From NCBI GenBank assembly GCA_019703815.1, contig AP023053.1:46995-110994 (forward strand): DNA of 64,000 bases, read 5' to 3'. Under the pieces are notes generated by a model. It was not told where the DNA came from. It did not search any database and was given only the letters and a program-made list of their open reading frames with translations. This DNA is from Thaumasiovibrio occultus. Its GTDB lineage: Bacteria; Pseudomonadota; Gammaproteobacteria; Enterobacterales; Vibrionaceae. Within the stretch, counting starts at the first letter, position 1. Every line of letters starts with the position of its first letter. A program made the position numbers and the translations under genes. Of this stretch, positions 18,734 through 29,895 are shown in pieces.

Positions 18734-21061
18734 TTAGGCGGTATGGTAGCGGTAGAACACGGTCGCTAAAGGCGGTAAGGTCAATGTCACCGAATGCGCT
18801 AAACCATGACTTGGCACGTCTGCGACGTCTAACTCAGCCTCGACGGGCGCATCACTGCCCCAGTAAGTGCTGCTGTCTGTGTTCAGTAGCAGTCTGTATT
18901 GCCCTTCTGTCACTGGCACTCCCAAGCGGTAGTTTTCCCGTGGCGTGGGCGTAAAGTTACTGACCACTAAAATCCGCTCGCCGTTGTCGGACAAGCGCTC
19001 GTGGGCAATAACGCTTTGCTCGGCATCACTGTGTTCGCGCCATTCAAATCCACTCGGTTCACAATCTTTTTGGTGCAGTGCTGGCTCACTGCGATAGAGA
19101 TGATTAAGGGCTTTCACCAAATGTTGCATGCCTTGATGTTTGTCGTATTGCAGCCAATGCCACTCTAACTGCGCATCGTGATTCCACTCCGCGGTTTGTG
19201 CGATTTCAGTTCCCATAAAGTTGAGCTTTTTCCCCGGCTGACCATACATGTAGCCAAGATAGGCACGTAAGTTTGCCGCCTGCTGCCACTCATCCCCCGG
19301 CATCTTGTACATCATTGAGCACTTACCATGCACGACTTCATCGTGCGAAAGGGAAAGGACATAGTTCTCACTAAAGGCGTAGCTTAGTGGCAGCGCCAAG
19401 GTGGCATGGTGATACTGACGATGGATAGGTTGTTCGCGAATATAGGCGAGGCTATCGTGCATCCAGCCCATGTTCCATTTCAATCCGAAGCCCAATCCGC
19501 CGTCGCGAGTGGGCGCTGTGACACCGGGAAACGCGGTAGACTCTTCTGCAATGGTGAGCGCATTGGGGTAACGGGCGTAGATCTCTTCGTTCATCCATCG
19601 GAGCAAGCTCACCGCATCATAGTTGATGTTGCCGCCTTCACAGTTCGGGATCCACTCATCGTGTTGACGTGAGTAATCGAGGTACAACATGGAGGCCACC
19701 GCATCCACACGCAAGCCATCGATATGGAAGTGCTCGAACCAAAACAGGGCGTTGGAAACCAACAAGCGACGCACATGATCGCGGCCATAATCGTAAATGT
19801 AGCTGTTCCAATCGTTGTGCCAGCCGCGACGTGGATCCGGATCGTGGTAAAGCGCCGTACCATCGAAGTGGGCGAGGCCATGCTCATCCGCCGGATAGTG
19901 CGCGGGCACCCAATCCAGGATCACCCCGATGCCGGCTTGGTGGCATTGATCGACGAAGAATTTGAACTCATCCGGTGAGCCATAACGACTGGTCGGGGCG
20001 AAGAGTCCGATCGGCTGATAGCCCCAAGAGCCAAAGAACGGATGCTCGCTAACAGGCAGTAGCTCAACATGGCTATAGCCCATCTCGACCAGATAAGGGA
20101 TCAGTTCGGCTGCCAACTCACGATAGGTCAGGAAATCCCCGTTGGCATGGCGTTTCCAAGAGCCTGCATGCAACTCGTAAAATGACAGAGCTTCTTTATG
20201 CTTGGCCGTGACTGGACGTTGCTGCCACGCGCTGTCTTGCCAGTGGTATTGGTTTTGATCGTAGACAATCGACGAAAACGACGGATATTGCTCGGCGTGA
20301 TAGCCCCATGGATCTTGCTTGTGGGGTAGTGCGTTTCCTTGGCTGTCTTTTAAGGCATATTTATAGCAATCGCCACCGTTAAGGCCCGGAATAAACAACA
20401 GCCAGCAGCCATGATCAATACGCTGCATTGGATGGCGGCGCTCATCCCAGTGGTTGAAATCGCCAATGACGCTGACTGCGCTGGCGTTGGGCGCAAACAC
20501 AATAAAGCGAACGCCCTCTACTTGTTGGTCGCCTCGGGTTGCGGTGTGCAATTGTGCGCCCATTTCACTGTGCGCCAACGCCGGCGTATGCAATGCCTCA
20601 AGTGCAGGCGCTGCGTCGTGAAATTGGTAAGGGTCAATCACGGTTTGGGTCTGACCTTGCCAATCAATGGTGAGGGAGTAGAGCTGATCGCGCAGATCCA
20701 GATCGCAATGCAGCACAAAACTGCTGGTCTCGGCGTCCCGTCTTGGTTGAGTGGTTTTGTGGGTTGATTGGGTTAGGGGATCAGAGGTACGTAGTGCTTT
20801 GTGATCAGAGGAGCTTAGGGCCTCGAGAGCAGAAGTACAAAGGGCAGCGGTTGTCTCTGCCGCCGAATGGACAGTTTCGCGAGTTAGCTTGAGCGTTTGT
20901 CCTGTGAACGTATTGACACTGACAGCGCTCGCGCCAGGCATAAATACACGTAGGGCCACATCTTGCGCGTACGGCCCTAGCGTTGAAAACGGGTTGTTAT
21001 AGGCTGCTTTGTCGAGTTGCGATAAAGCGTGTTGAAGTGTGTTAACCGATTCTGATTTCAT
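18734..21061 (-). CDS. glgB: 1,4-alpha-glucan branching enzyme
   Basis: GH13 blocks ([44 protein letters not shown]). CBM48 N-domain. Start chosen at MKSESV with AGGA SD. ORF extends to 21241 with a TTG/ATG-less leader. Confidence 0.85.
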   Translation of the reverse strand: MKSESVNTLQHALSQLDKAAYNNPFSTLGPYAQDVALRVFMPGASAVSVNTFTGQTLKLTRETVHSAAETTAALCTSALEALSSSDHKALRTSDPLTQSTHKTTQPRRDAETSSFVLHCDLDLRDQLYSLTIDWQGQTQTVIDPYQFHDAAPALEALHTPALAHSEMGAQLHTATRGDQQVEGVRFIVFAPNASAVSVIGDFNHWDERRHPMQRIDHGCWLLFIPGLNGGDCYKYALKDSQGNALPHKQDPWGYHAEQYPSFSSIVYDQNQYHWQDSAWQQRPVTAKHKEALSFYELHAGSWKRHANGDFLTYRELAAELIPYLVEMGYSHVELLPVSEHPFFGSWGYQPIGLFAPTSRYGSPDEFKFFVDQCHQAGIGVILDWVPAHYPADEHGLAHFDGTALYHDPDPRRGWHNDWNSYIYDYGRDHVRRLLVSNALFWFEHFHIDGLRVDAVASMLYLDYSRQHDEWIPNCEGGNINYDAVSLLRWMNEEIYARYPNALTIAEESTAFPGVTAPTRDGGLGFGLKWNMGWMHDSLAYIREQPIHRQYHHATLALPLSYAFSENYVLSLSHDEVVHGKCSMMYKMPGDEWQQAANLRAYLGYMYGQPGKKLNFMGTEIAQTAEWNHDAQLEWHWLQYDKHQGMQHLVKALNHLYRSEPALHQKDCEPSGFEWREHSDAEQSVIAHERLSDNGERILVVSNFTPTPRENYRLGVPVTEGQYRLLLNTDSSTYWGSDAPVEAELDVADVPSHGLAHSVTLTLPPLATVFYRYHTA

Positions 21062-21380
21062 TGTGATCCTGTGTCTCTGCATCTGCGCGAGTGAACACGT
21101 CAGTGCAGTATTTTCATTATTATGCAGGTGGTCTCCATAACCACGAGGCGAGCGGGCCTTAGGGCGATGTCGCGCGGTTATTATCGGCAGAGGGCATAGC
21201 GGGGCAAGTTTTGGATGCGAGAGATGAGTGATTACGCACATATCTCCCTATCCGGTTGGACTTAAAACGATCACTTTGTATATTGTTTTCCCGCCAGACT
21301 ATTAGTCTGACGAATAATAAATAATCAAAACATCATATCAACATCACACAGAAACACTTCTACTCAGGAAAACCAACACA

Positions 21381-23318
21381 ATGGAATGGAAGATGACGTT
21401 AGGGGATCCCACGTTATTGGGGGCCTCATTATCGGCTTCTGGCTGCAATTTCTCCGTTTATGCTCCGCACGTCGACGACGCTAAATTGGCGCTGTTTAAT
21501 GCGGATGATTCTTACCTTGTGATCCCTATGCATCGCCATGGCGATGGCACGTACACGGTGGCGGTGGAGAATGTACACGCTGGCACGCGTTACGGTTACT
21601 TCTGCCAAAAAGGGGCCCAATTTCAGTGGATTTTAGACCCGTATGCGGGGGAGATCTGCGACAGTCTTTTTACGAGATCGGTGGCGGAGCCGACCTTGTT
21701 GGCTAAGGTGGTCGATCATCGCTTTGATTGGCAACAGAGCGTCGCGCCCAACACCGCGATGAGCCACACTGCGCTATTTGAGCTGCACGTTAAAGGTTTT
21801 ACCCAACAACACCTTGGGATCGCCGAAGCCTTTCGCGGGACCTACCTTGGTTTGTGTCAGCCCGAAGCGATTGCGTTTTTTCAGCAAGCTGGGATCACTG
21901 CTCTACAGTTGTTGCCTGTGGCAGCCAAGCAAGATGAGCCCCATTTACTCGATAAAGCACTAACCAATTACTGGGGTTACAATCCGGTGGCATTTTTCGC
22001 GCCGGATGCACGCTTTGCGATCCGCGATCCGGTCAATGAATTCAAACAGATGGTGCGTGAGTTGCATCGTCATGGTATTGAAGTGATTCTGGATGTGGTG
22101 TTTAACCATACCGCTGAGGGCGGTTCCGGTGGTCCGGTTTTCCATCAAAAATGGCTCGATCCCGAATTTTATCTGCGTAATAAGCAAGGTTCGCTGCACA
22201 ATTACACCGGTTGTGGAAACACCGTGGATCTTTCTCATCCTCCGGCGATGCGGATGGTAATGGATGCACTGCGTCACTGGGTGAGCGAATACCATATTGA
22301 TGGTTTTCGTTTTGATCTGGCGGCAACGTTAGGGCGACACCGTGAGAATTTTTGTGCCAGCGCGGCGTTTTTCCAAGCGGTGTATCAAGACCCGATTTTG
22401 CGCCGCTGTAAATTGATCGCTGAACCCTGGGATATCGGGCCGAATGGCTATCAATTGGGCCAGTTTCCGTTGGGTTGGCATGAATGTAATGACAAGTTTC
22501 GCGATAACATGCGCAGCTTTTGGCATGGTACGGGCGCGACGGTAGCGGATTTCGCGACCCGTTTGATGGGCTCGCGCGATCTGTTTAGCGCCGCCAACTG
22601 GCCGCAAAAGTTGAGCGTGAACTACATTACCTACCACGATGGATTCACGTTGCAAGATCTGGTTTCTTACCAAGGCAGACATAACTGCGCCAATGGTGAA
22701 GGAGGGCGAGATGGCCATGGGGATAATCATTCAGACAATCATGGTGTTGAAGGCCCTACCGACGATCTCGCCATCCAAGGTTACCGAGAGCATCAAAAGC
22801 GCAATTTAATGGCGAGTTTGTTGTTTAGCTTTGGCGTGCCGCATTTATTGGCAGCCGATCATGTGTCGCACAGTCAGCAAGGCAACAATAATGCATATTG
22901 CCAAGATAATGCGCTCAGTTGGCTGGATTGGGCGGCTGCGCAAAATGATACCTTTGGACCTTGGTTGGCAGTGATGATGGACAAGCGCCACCGCTACATG
23001 GTGCCGATGATCGACGCGTTTTGTGGTGAAAATCGCAAGTGTCACCGCATCAACTGGACCACGTCAGCAGGGTTACCGTTGTCTGAACACGACTGGCATC
23101 AACGTAAGGCGATCCAACTGCATATGGGGTTGTTTGATGACGGCCAAGAGATGCTGTACTTGATTAACCCAACCCCGACAGACAAAACGTTTACTTTACC
23201 GGCGGGGAAAGCATGGACCTTGATCTGTGATACTAGCACTGCCGATCTCAGTGATAGCGTATTACCGCAGAGCCAGTTTGATTTAGCTCCTTACTCGATG
23301 GCGATAGGGGTACGTTAG
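21381..23318 (+). CDS. glgX: glycogen debranching enzyme
   Basis: 645 aa. GH13 subfamily 11 blocks (VILDVVFNHT, GFRFDLAATL, AEPWD, YITYHDGFTL). Confidence 0.85.
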   Translation: MEWKMTLGDPTLLGASLSASGCNFSVYAPHVDDAKLALFNADDSYLVIPMHRHGDGTYTVAVENVHAGTRYGYFCQKGAQFQWILDPYAGEICDSLFTRSVAEPTLLAKVVDHRFDWQQSVAPNTAMSHTALFELHVKGFTQQHLGIAEAFRGTYLGLCQPEAIAFFQQAGITALQLLPVAAKQDEPHLLDKALTNYWGYNPVAFFAPDARFAIRDPVNEFKQMVRELHRHGIEVILDVVFNHTAEGGSGGPVFHQKWLDPEFYLRNKQGSLHNYTGCGNTVDLSHPPAMRMVMDALRHWVSEYHIDGFRFDLAATLGRHRENFCASAAFFQAVYQDPILRRCKLIAEPWDIGPNGYQLGQFPLGWHECNDKFRDNMRSFWHGTGATVADFATRLMGSRDLFSAANWPQKLSVNYITYHDGFTLQDLVSYQGRHNCANGEGGRDGHGDNHSDNHGVEGPTDDLAIQGYREHQKRNLMASLLFSFGVPHLLAADHVSHSQQGNNNAYCQDNALSWLDWAAAQNDTFGPWLAVMMDKRHRYMVPMIDAFCGENRKCHRINWTTSAGLPLSEHDWHQRKAIQLHMGLFDDGQEMLYLINPTPTDKTFTLPAGKAWTLICDTSTADLSDSVLPQSQFDLAPYSMAIGVR

Positions 23319-23410
23319 ATCTTAAACCTCGCGCTTACCCATGGTTTCAGGCAATGGTTCCACTATCTAAAATAATCACCACCGCGCACGATTTAAGGAT
23401 CGCCAACGAA

Positions 23411-23434
23411 AAAGGGTCGCCATTGCGACCCTTT
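23411..23434. terminator. bidirectional rho-independent terminator
   Basis: AAAGGGTCGC-CATT-GCGACCCTTT hairpin followed by TGTCTTTTTC. Between convergent glgX and MCP genes. Confidence 0.8.
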
Positions 23435-23474
23435 TGTCTTTTTCAATCGTCACTGCTAACAGTAGCGATTTACC

Positions 23475-24875
23475 TTAGGCTTTCAACCCAGTAAGTAAAG
23501 ACTGCATCTCGTTACTTTGACGGCGCAGTTGCTCCACGTTCATCGAGGTGTTGTTGATCATCTCGCTCATGTTGCTGGCTTGCATGCGAATGTCTTCCAC
23601 GCTCGCGGCAATGCTGTCGGCCACTGTGCCTTGCTCTTCAGCGGCAATCGCAATTTGATTGCTACTGTCTGAAATGGTGAGGTTTTTATCTGCCAGTTCG
23701 CCAATCTCTTGGTTTACTTCGGACATCAACACTTGACCTTCGTTGGCGTTATTGACGGTCACTTCCATCAACTTGGTAAGCGATTGGCTGTTGCGCTGCA
23801 GCGCTTCAATCATCGCTTGGATTTCCACGGTCGCTTGCTGAGTGCGTCCCGCCAGCGCGCGGACTTCATCTGCTACCACCGCAAAACCACGGCCCTGTTC
23901 ACCGGCACGCGCCGCTTCAATTGCTGCGTTCAATGCCAATAGGTTGGTTTGCTCGGAAATACTGTTGATCGTGGTGACAACCGCATCGATCTTCGCCGCA
24001 TTGGCATCCAACTCTTCCACCGCTTTTGACGCGGACTGAATTTCAGTGGACAGATGTGAAATCGAACTTAAGGTGTTTTCCACTTTGGTTTGACCGGTTT
24101 GTGCAACACTGCGGGCTTCATCGGTTTGGCTGCGAGAATCGTGAGCGAAGTTCGCAACTTCACGGATCGTCGCCGCCATTTGTTCAGTGGCGCTGGCGAG
24201 ATTGTTCAAGTGGCTTTGCTGCGCCATGGAGATCTCGGCACTTTGACCGATGGACTGATTGAGCCCCAAGCTCATCTCTTGCATCAGTTCAACCGAGGCT
24301 TTCATCGCTTGCACCATTTTCTGCTCGCGATCGGCCACTTTATCGACGTTAATCGCAATCACACTGAATTCGTCACGTACAGGGAAGAAGTTCATGCGTG
24401 AGGTGAGATCGCCGTTGGCCAGATTGTTCAGCGCACGGTTCATGGTAAACATCGCGCCACCAATGAAGGTCATGATGTAGTAAACCGTCATGGCAATCAC
24501 AAATAGCGTGACCGCAATAACGCCCAGTTGGCCGCTACTCATCGCGCTCCACAGTGAAGGCACATCGTTGGCAACAAGGCTAAATGCGCCATTCATCACT
24601 TGCACTGCGTTGTCACCGCCGCCGATTGAGACGTTGGAGTTCGCCAGCAGCGACGCAACTTGCGATTGGCTTAGATCGCCGGCTTCAATCAAGTCTTTCA
24701 TCACATACAGCTCATCTTGGTAAAGATGGGCAATGAGCGATTTCGCCGCGCTATTTAAGACTAAAGCAACGGTTAATACCGCGAAAAAAGGAAGGAAAAA
24801 CAGTAGGTAGAATTTTTCTTGAATGTTGATGTGGAGGAGGTACTTATCAATCCAGCGAAAAGCGATTTCTTTCAT
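23475..24875 (-). CDS. methyl-accepting chemotaxis protein
   Basis: Two TM helices, HAMP, and highly conserved MA signalling domain ([33 protein letters not shown]). Confidence 0.9.
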   Translation of the reverse strand: MKEIAFRWIDKYLLHINIQEKFYLLFFLPFFAVLTVALVLNSAAKSLIAHLYQDELYVMKDLIEAGDLSQSQVASLLANSNVSIGGGDNAVQVMNGAFSLVANDVPSLWSAMSSGQLGVIAVTLFVIAMTVYYIMTFIGGAMFTMNRALNNLANGDLTSRMNFFPVRDEFSVIAINVDKVADREQKMVQAMKASVELMQEMSLGLNQSIGQSAEISMAQQSHLNNLASATEQMAATIREVANFAHDSRSQTDEARSVAQTGQTKVENTLSSISHLSTEIQSASKAVEELDANAAKIDAVVTTINSISEQTNLLALNAAIEAARAGEQGRGFAVVADEVRALAGRTQQATVEIQAMIEALQRNSQSLTKLMEVTVNNANEGQVLMSEVNQEIGELADKNLTISDSSNQIAIAAEEQGTVADSIAASVEDIRMQASNMSEMINNTSMNVEQLRRQSNEMQSLLTGLKA

Positions 24876-25315
24876 TCTCTAATGCAACCGTGTTATTGAG
24901 TTGTAAGTCAGTAGTTGGTGCACTATAGCACTATGGATTCAAAACAAACCCTTTTTGCGGTCACGATTCGAGATGAATGCGTACAATTTGTCCTGATTGG
25001 TGAACTCACCGCCATAAAATTATCTTTGTCCTTGAAATTTAGGAAAAAAATAGCTTTCGATGCATGCTTAAATCTTGAACTATTCACTTTACTACGCCAA
25101 AACACGCGGATGGCTGAATGAAATTCCGCTTGCGTATTGATCGTCGTGTCGCTATATTCCGCAAAAAAACCGACCGTCCGGTCTGTTTGTCGTTATTCGC
25201 TCAGCATCCGACATGATGAATCGCGATGGCCGCGCCGATCAGGTGTGGCATCTGCGCGCGATAACAACGACGGCAGTGATAGCAGATGGCGGTTAGGGGA
25301 TTAGAGGGGAAGTGA

Positions 25316-25915
25316 ATGAATGAGAACAACGCACGTCAGGGCGATAAAAAAGAACAAACCCTGCAGGCGGCGATTGAGCTATTTGCCACGCTGGGTTACG
25401 AAAATACCTCGATAGCGGCGATCTGCACGCACGCTAATGTCTCAAAAGGCCTGGTTTTCCATCACTTTAAAAACAAAGAAGATTTGCTTAGAGCGGTGTT
25501 CTTGCGCATGGCCCAGCTCATTAATGAAGTGAGTGTTGATGCTAACGCAAAAGCGAGCGCGGCTGTGGTGACGCCCAAAGAGCGGTTTATTCATTTGGTT
25601 GAGCAAATTTTCACGTCGATGGCGAATGCAGAGCAAAAACGCTATTACCAACTGGATTATCAAATCAAGTGCCAGCCTGCGATGCGGGAAATATTGAAAG
25701 ACTTACTGGATGCGCGCTATCAGCTAATGATGGCGTCGTTTGAGCCCATTTTAGCGATGGTGCCTGCTGCCGATGTGTTGGTGGATAGCCACTCACTAAT
25801 TGCCGAAATCGATGGGATCGCGCTGAACTATTTGTTTGCCGATGACACCTACCCATTGGCCGCGATCAAAGCACGCTTTATTAAAAAACAGTTATTGCTG
25901 TTGGGCTTAGCGTAA
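25316..25915 (+). CDS. TetR/AcrR family transcriptional regulator
   Basis: N-terminal HTH TLQAAIELFATLGYENTSIAAICTHANVSKGLVFHHFKNKEDLL. Confidence 0.85.
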   Translation: MNENNARQGDKKEQTLQAAIELFATLGYENTSIAAICTHANVSKGLVFHHFKNKEDLLRAVFLRMAQLINEVSVDANAKASAAVVTPKERFIHLVEQIFTSMANAEQKRYYQLDYQIKCQPAMREILKDLLDARYQLMMASFEPILAMVPAADVLVDSHSLIAEIDGIALNYLFADDTYPLAAIKARFIKKQLLLLGLA

Positions 25916-25956
25916 AGCCGGCAGCAAGGTTAGAGAATGAGTTAGGACAGTTTGCA

Positions 25957-26463
25957 ATGAAGGCCCCATACCAGATCCAATATGAGGCATTTGCCGCCGC
26001 AGGTGGTATTTACACTGAACGACACGCGCAAGCGTATGCACAATTTGCTGTTGATTTGATTGAAGAAGGTAGCTTTTCAATCGTGTACGAAGGGGTTGCC
26101 CATGCGTGTTACACCCCAATCACCATTGATGCTGCGCCGCATCTGAAGTGTTATGTGCTTGCGCCAATGGCGGTGCTGCCGGAATATCAAGGCAAAGGTT
26201 ACGCCACCCGATTGATGGAAGAAGCGGAAAAACAGTTAGGGGCGGATGTGATTTTTGTTCTTGGCGATCCGTGTCATTACGCGACGCGTTACAACGCGGT
26301 TCACCAAGTGGGCTTTCCGGTGGAAACCCAAGCGCCGGCAGAGTGCTGGTTTGCGCGTGAGCTAACACCAGGTGTTTTGCAAGAAGCCGGCAAGTCGACG
26401 TCCAGTATTCGCGGAGTGTTTGCTAACCCGAAAATGTGGGCAGAGCCAAGCGACGATATCTAA
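25957..26463 (+). CDS. GNAT family N-acetyltransferase
   Basis: Motif A VLPEYQGKGYATRLMEEAE. 168 aa. Confidence 0.7.
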   Translation: MKAPYQIQYEAFAAAGGIYTERHAQAYAQFAVDLIEEGSFSIVYEGVAHACYTPITIDAAPHLKCYVLAPMAVLPEYQGKGYATRLMEEAEKQLGADVIFVLGDPCHYATRYNAVHQVGFPVETQAPAECWFARELTPGVLQEAGKSTSSIRGVFANPKMWAEPSDDI

Positions 26464-26468
26464 ACCGC

Positions 26469-26488
26469 AGGGGCAGTCAATTGCCCCT
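26469..26488 (+). terminator. rho-independent terminator
   Basis: AGGGGCA-GTCAAT-TGCCCCT hairpin followed by TTTTC. Confidence 0.75.
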
Positions 26489-26651
26489 TTTTCATGCGTG
26501 TTGTTCGCCGGTTCAATTGCCGTGTTGCTTGTCATGCTGTGATAGTGCTTAGGTTTTTCTCACGTTTTTTATCAGTAATTGATACCGATAGACCGATCCC
26601 GGTTATCCTTCTGCTCAGTGAACTTTGCAGAGCGCAGTGGTGGGAGACGAG

Positions 26652-27260
26652 ATGAAGAGTGGAATAGAACAAGATGTAGATGAGCTGCAATTGGCGATAG
26701 TCTGCCCGGCAATGGAGTTGGTATCGGCATCAGCGTCTGTGGAAAATGGACGTTTGCTCTCGACGACAGAATTATCGGCAGCGCTCGCGGCCGGTGTCTA
26801 TTTTGATGGCGTGTTGACGACAAACGCAGAGCCTGAACACACGCAGGCGTTAGCGCAATGCTGTGAGCAATTTGATGTCAACCTCGCGGTGTTTGATAGC
26901 CCAACCCAAGATTTCGTTGCGGCTTACGACGTGCTCGTCAATCTTGCTGATAAGCTGTTCTCGCGCGAGATCCCCAACAACATCGATTTTGCCGATATTC
27001 GTCACTTAAGCCTCTCGTGCGATCACCTGTTTGCGTTCAACAATAAAGAAGCCGCGTTGGCGTTTTTAGCATCTTCACATCGTGACAAGGTGGTTGGCGG
27101 CATCTATCTTGCCCACGGTGCGACGGGGCTGGATGAATACCAAGCAACCAACAACGCCCTATTGCAACATTTTCCTGACTACGGCTACCTTTGCGCCAGC
27201 TTTCACTCCTTAGGGCGTGGAGAGTGCACCATCGTGCTCGGCGTGAAAAAGTCATCGTAG
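26652..27260 (+). CDS. hypothetical protein (no family recognised)
   Basis: GGGAGA SD before ATG 26652. About 200 aa soluble alpha/beta-looking protein (GGIYLAHGATGLDEY). Convergent with rtcR. Confidence 0.5.
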   Translation: MKSGIEQDVDELQLAIVCPAMELVSASASVENGRLLSTTELSAALAAGVYFDGVLTTNAEPEHTQALAQCCEQFDVNLAVFDSPTQDFVAAYDVLVNLADKLFSREIPNNIDFADIRHLSLSCDHLFAFNNKEAALAFLASSHRDKVVGGIYLAHGATGLDEYQATNNALLQHFPDYGYLCASFHSLGRGECTIVLGVKKSS

Positions 27261-27290
27261 TGAGTACATAGAAAAACCGCGCTGTTTGCG

Positions 27291-28877
27291 CTACTGACGT
27301 TTAATGTCCTTCCATGCCAAGCCAAATTTGGCCAAATATTTTTGCAATCGGCTCGAATCGTTCGATGAAGACTTACTCAGCCGACTGACGTTAAACAGCT
27401 CGCGCCCGGCGCTGGCGAGGGTATTCGCGCTCTGACATACCGACAACACATAGTTAAGTTGTTGCTGATCGAAATTATCGAGCTGGCTCGGATCTGCGAG
27501 ATGATCTGCCAGCACGAGCGAGCTTTCACGGGGCGCTGTCCATGAGGCTTTGAGGCGTTCAATTTCGGCGTGCACGTCATCCAGCGCGATGCGCGATTGA
27601 TCGGCGAGCGTGCATAAACGGGTGATCGCCGCGCCTAAATCACGAAAGTTACCGAGCCACAACGCCTCCGGTGATTGGGCGAAACGCAAAAAGGCGGTTT
27701 TGGCTTCTTTGTTAAACTGCACTCGGTGGTTGTTCTTTTCCATAAAGCGCGTCAGCTCAAACTCGACGTTGGCGGGAATATCTTCGCGGCGATCACGCAG
27801 CGCAGGCAGTTGGTAGTGCCATAGGTTGATCCGCGCGAGTAAGTCTTCACGAAACTGACCTTGCGCCACCATCTGTTTTAAATCGCGATTGGTGCCGGCG
27901 ATCAGCTGGAAATCACTGCATAACGCTTTATCGCTGCCGACAGGATAAAACTGTTTATTTTCGATGGCATGGAGCAACATGGCTTGCTCTTCAAGGCCCA
28001 ACTCGCCTACTTCATCCAAAAATAATACGCCGTGATGGGCGGTGAGTAAAAATCCGTCCCGCGCTTTTAATGCGCCAGTAAACGCCCCCTTGGTATGACC
28101 AAACAGCGCGGCCATCGCATTTTCGCCGCGCAGTGTGGCACAGTTGACCGCAACAAATTCCCCTTTGACCATGGCGCGGCGCTTTTTAAGCTGGAAGATC
28201 CGCGAAGCGAGTTGCGATTTTCCCGCGCCCGTCGCGCCTGTGAGCAAAATCGGCTCACACGAGCGGATCGCCACTTTTTCGATTTCACTGATCAAGCGGT
28301 TGAACGCCGCATTTTGGGTGTTGATCCCGCCTTTTAAAAACGCGCTACCTTCTTGGTGTTCGATATCAAAACGGTTAGCTAGTTGATCGTATTTCGAGAG
28401 ATCAAGATCGATGATTTGTACTTGCCCCACCGAAGGGCTAGCGGCATCTCTATCTGGGGAGGACTGGATCAAGCGACCCGGGAAATGACGGCTTTCAGTC
28501 AGCAGATACGAGCAGATCTGCACCACGTGGGTGCCAGTCGTAATATGAAACAGGAGATCTTGCTGTTCGGGATCAAACGATTGCTCTTTGCACCAGTCGA
28601 ACAACTTGGCATAGACTTCGCCAAAATCCCATGGATCGATAAAGTGAGTGGTTTCCAGTATCACTTTGGTGTCAGGCGAGACGCTGTAGATGTCTTCCGT
28701 GATTTGGTTGGCAAGTCGACTGTGGCGCTCATCATGCAACAAATACAGCTCATTTATTTGTAAGTCTTCTTGGCTACATAAACTGACATTGGGTCGCCAT
28801 CGCGCCCAACGATTGCCGCGTTTGCCGACAAAATCGAGTTGCGTACCGAGTAAACTGACCGCTACCGTTTTCTTCAT
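27291..28877 (-). CDS. rtcR: sigma-54-dependent transcriptional activator RtcR (N-terminal CARF-like domain, AAA+ sigma54-interaction domain)
   Basis: Walker A LLTGATGAGKS. GAFTGA motif (HTKGAFTGA). RtcR-specific N-terminal domain. 528 aa. Confidence 0.85.
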   Translation of the reverse strand: MKKTVAVSLLGTQLDFVGKRGNRWARWRPNVSLCSQEDLQINELYLLHDERHSRLANQITEDIYSVSPDTKVILETTHFIDPWDFGEVYAKLFDWCKEQSFDPEQQDLLFHITTGTHVVQICSYLLTESRHFPGRLIQSSPDRDAASPSVGQVQIIDLDLSKYDQLANRFDIEHQEGSAFLKGGINTQNAAFNRLISEIEKVAIRSCEPILLTGATGAGKSQLASRIFQLKKRRAMVKGEFVAVNCATLRGENAMAALFGHTKGAFTGALKARDGFLLTAHHGVLFLDEVGELGLEEQAMLLHAIENKQFYPVGSDKALCSDFQLIAGTNRDLKQMVAQGQFREDLLARINLWHYQLPALRDRREDIPANVEFELTRFMEKNNHRVQFNKEAKTAFLRFAQSPEALWLGNFRDLGAAITRLCTLADQSRIALDDVHAEIERLKASWTAPRESSLVLADHLADPSQLDNFDQQQLNYVLSVCQSANTLASAGRELFNVSRLSKSSSNDSSRLQKYLAKFGLAWKDIKRQ

Positions 28878-29257
28878 TTCATCCTATCCATGTAGATAAA
28901 ACCGTATCGGATGAGCTTAAAGTGGTTGCGGTATAAACACCAGCGAGCAGAGATGAAAAGGGTAGAAAACAAAGCCGTATCAGTGAGCTAAAGTCAAACT
29001 CAGGGAGATGTGTCGCAGAGAATGCGTGTTGTGCGATCTTATAATGGCCCGCAGTTGTCGGTGGCAAGGAATGTTATATGTGGAGACGAATGGGCTAGGC
29101 GATTTGGCGATGGAAAAAGGGATGAGATGGCAGAACGTTTCGTGACCATCCTTATTATCCGGCGGATTTGGTGCATGCCGCTGTTTAGCTATCATTTTTG
29201 CCAACAAAACGCCGCTAAGATCAGCGGCGTTTTTTATGATGCGAAGTTGGGCGGTAG

Positions 29258-29782
29258 TTATATCCAACCGGCCGCCACCAGTATTTTCAGACCGGCGGTT
29301 TTCATTTGCAGTAACAGCACGATAAAGCCTATAACCGTCGCGACCTGTCGCATCCGCTGCAATATTTTAGGTGAGCTTGCCATTACATTAAGAATAACAA
29401 AGCCAATGATCGCGAATATGCCTGCGGCAATCTTCGAGGTTTCTAATGACGGACCAAACAGACCGCTATCGTGAAGAGAAGGAATGGAAAGATAAGCGAT
29501 GACAGCGGGATAAGCGAAGCGCACCAGAATATCATCTAAGGTCAGCGCGCTAGATAGCGTTACGAGAAGGAAGACAAAACACAGAACAAGAGCTAAAGGT
29601 ACGATCAGAAACGAGAGTATGCCAACGTCGCCTTCTAGCAGGAGAACCGCAAGCCAGGTCGTGGTTGCGAATAGCATATAATTAAGAATACCCAAACCTA
29701 AGTGGGTGGTCGTAAGGAATTTGGCGGTGTCATCAGCTGCGCGACTCATTATGAAGATAGTCCTATTGGGAATGAAAGCCAT
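29258..29782 (-). CDS. small multi-TM membrane protein of unknown function
   Basis: 4-5 hydrophobic helices. Start uncertain: the ORF opens with TTG at 29815, and in-frame ATGs lie at 29782 and 29749. Confidence 0.5.
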   Translation of the reverse strand: MAFIPNRTIFIMSRAADDTAKFLTTTHLGLGILNYMLFATTTWLAVLLLEGDVGILSFLIVPLALVLCFVFLLVTLSSALTLDDILVRFAYPAVIAYLSIPSLHDSGLFGPSLETSKIAAGIFAIIGFVILNVMASSPKILQRMRQVATVIGFIVLLLQMKTAGLKILVAAGWI

Positions 29783-29895
29783 AGGATTGTAATGTCTTAT
29801 TGATTTTTCGCTCAATATATTTTGTGTGAATTTACTGTCAAATCAGAGATCTATGACACATATTATGCGCTTTAGTATCTCAACGCGGTGGCTGC

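Noticed and set aside
18727-18954. 75-aa plus-strand ORF overlapping the glgB 3' end
   Set aside because: It is completely embedded antisense in glgB and across the bidirectional terminator. No independent support.
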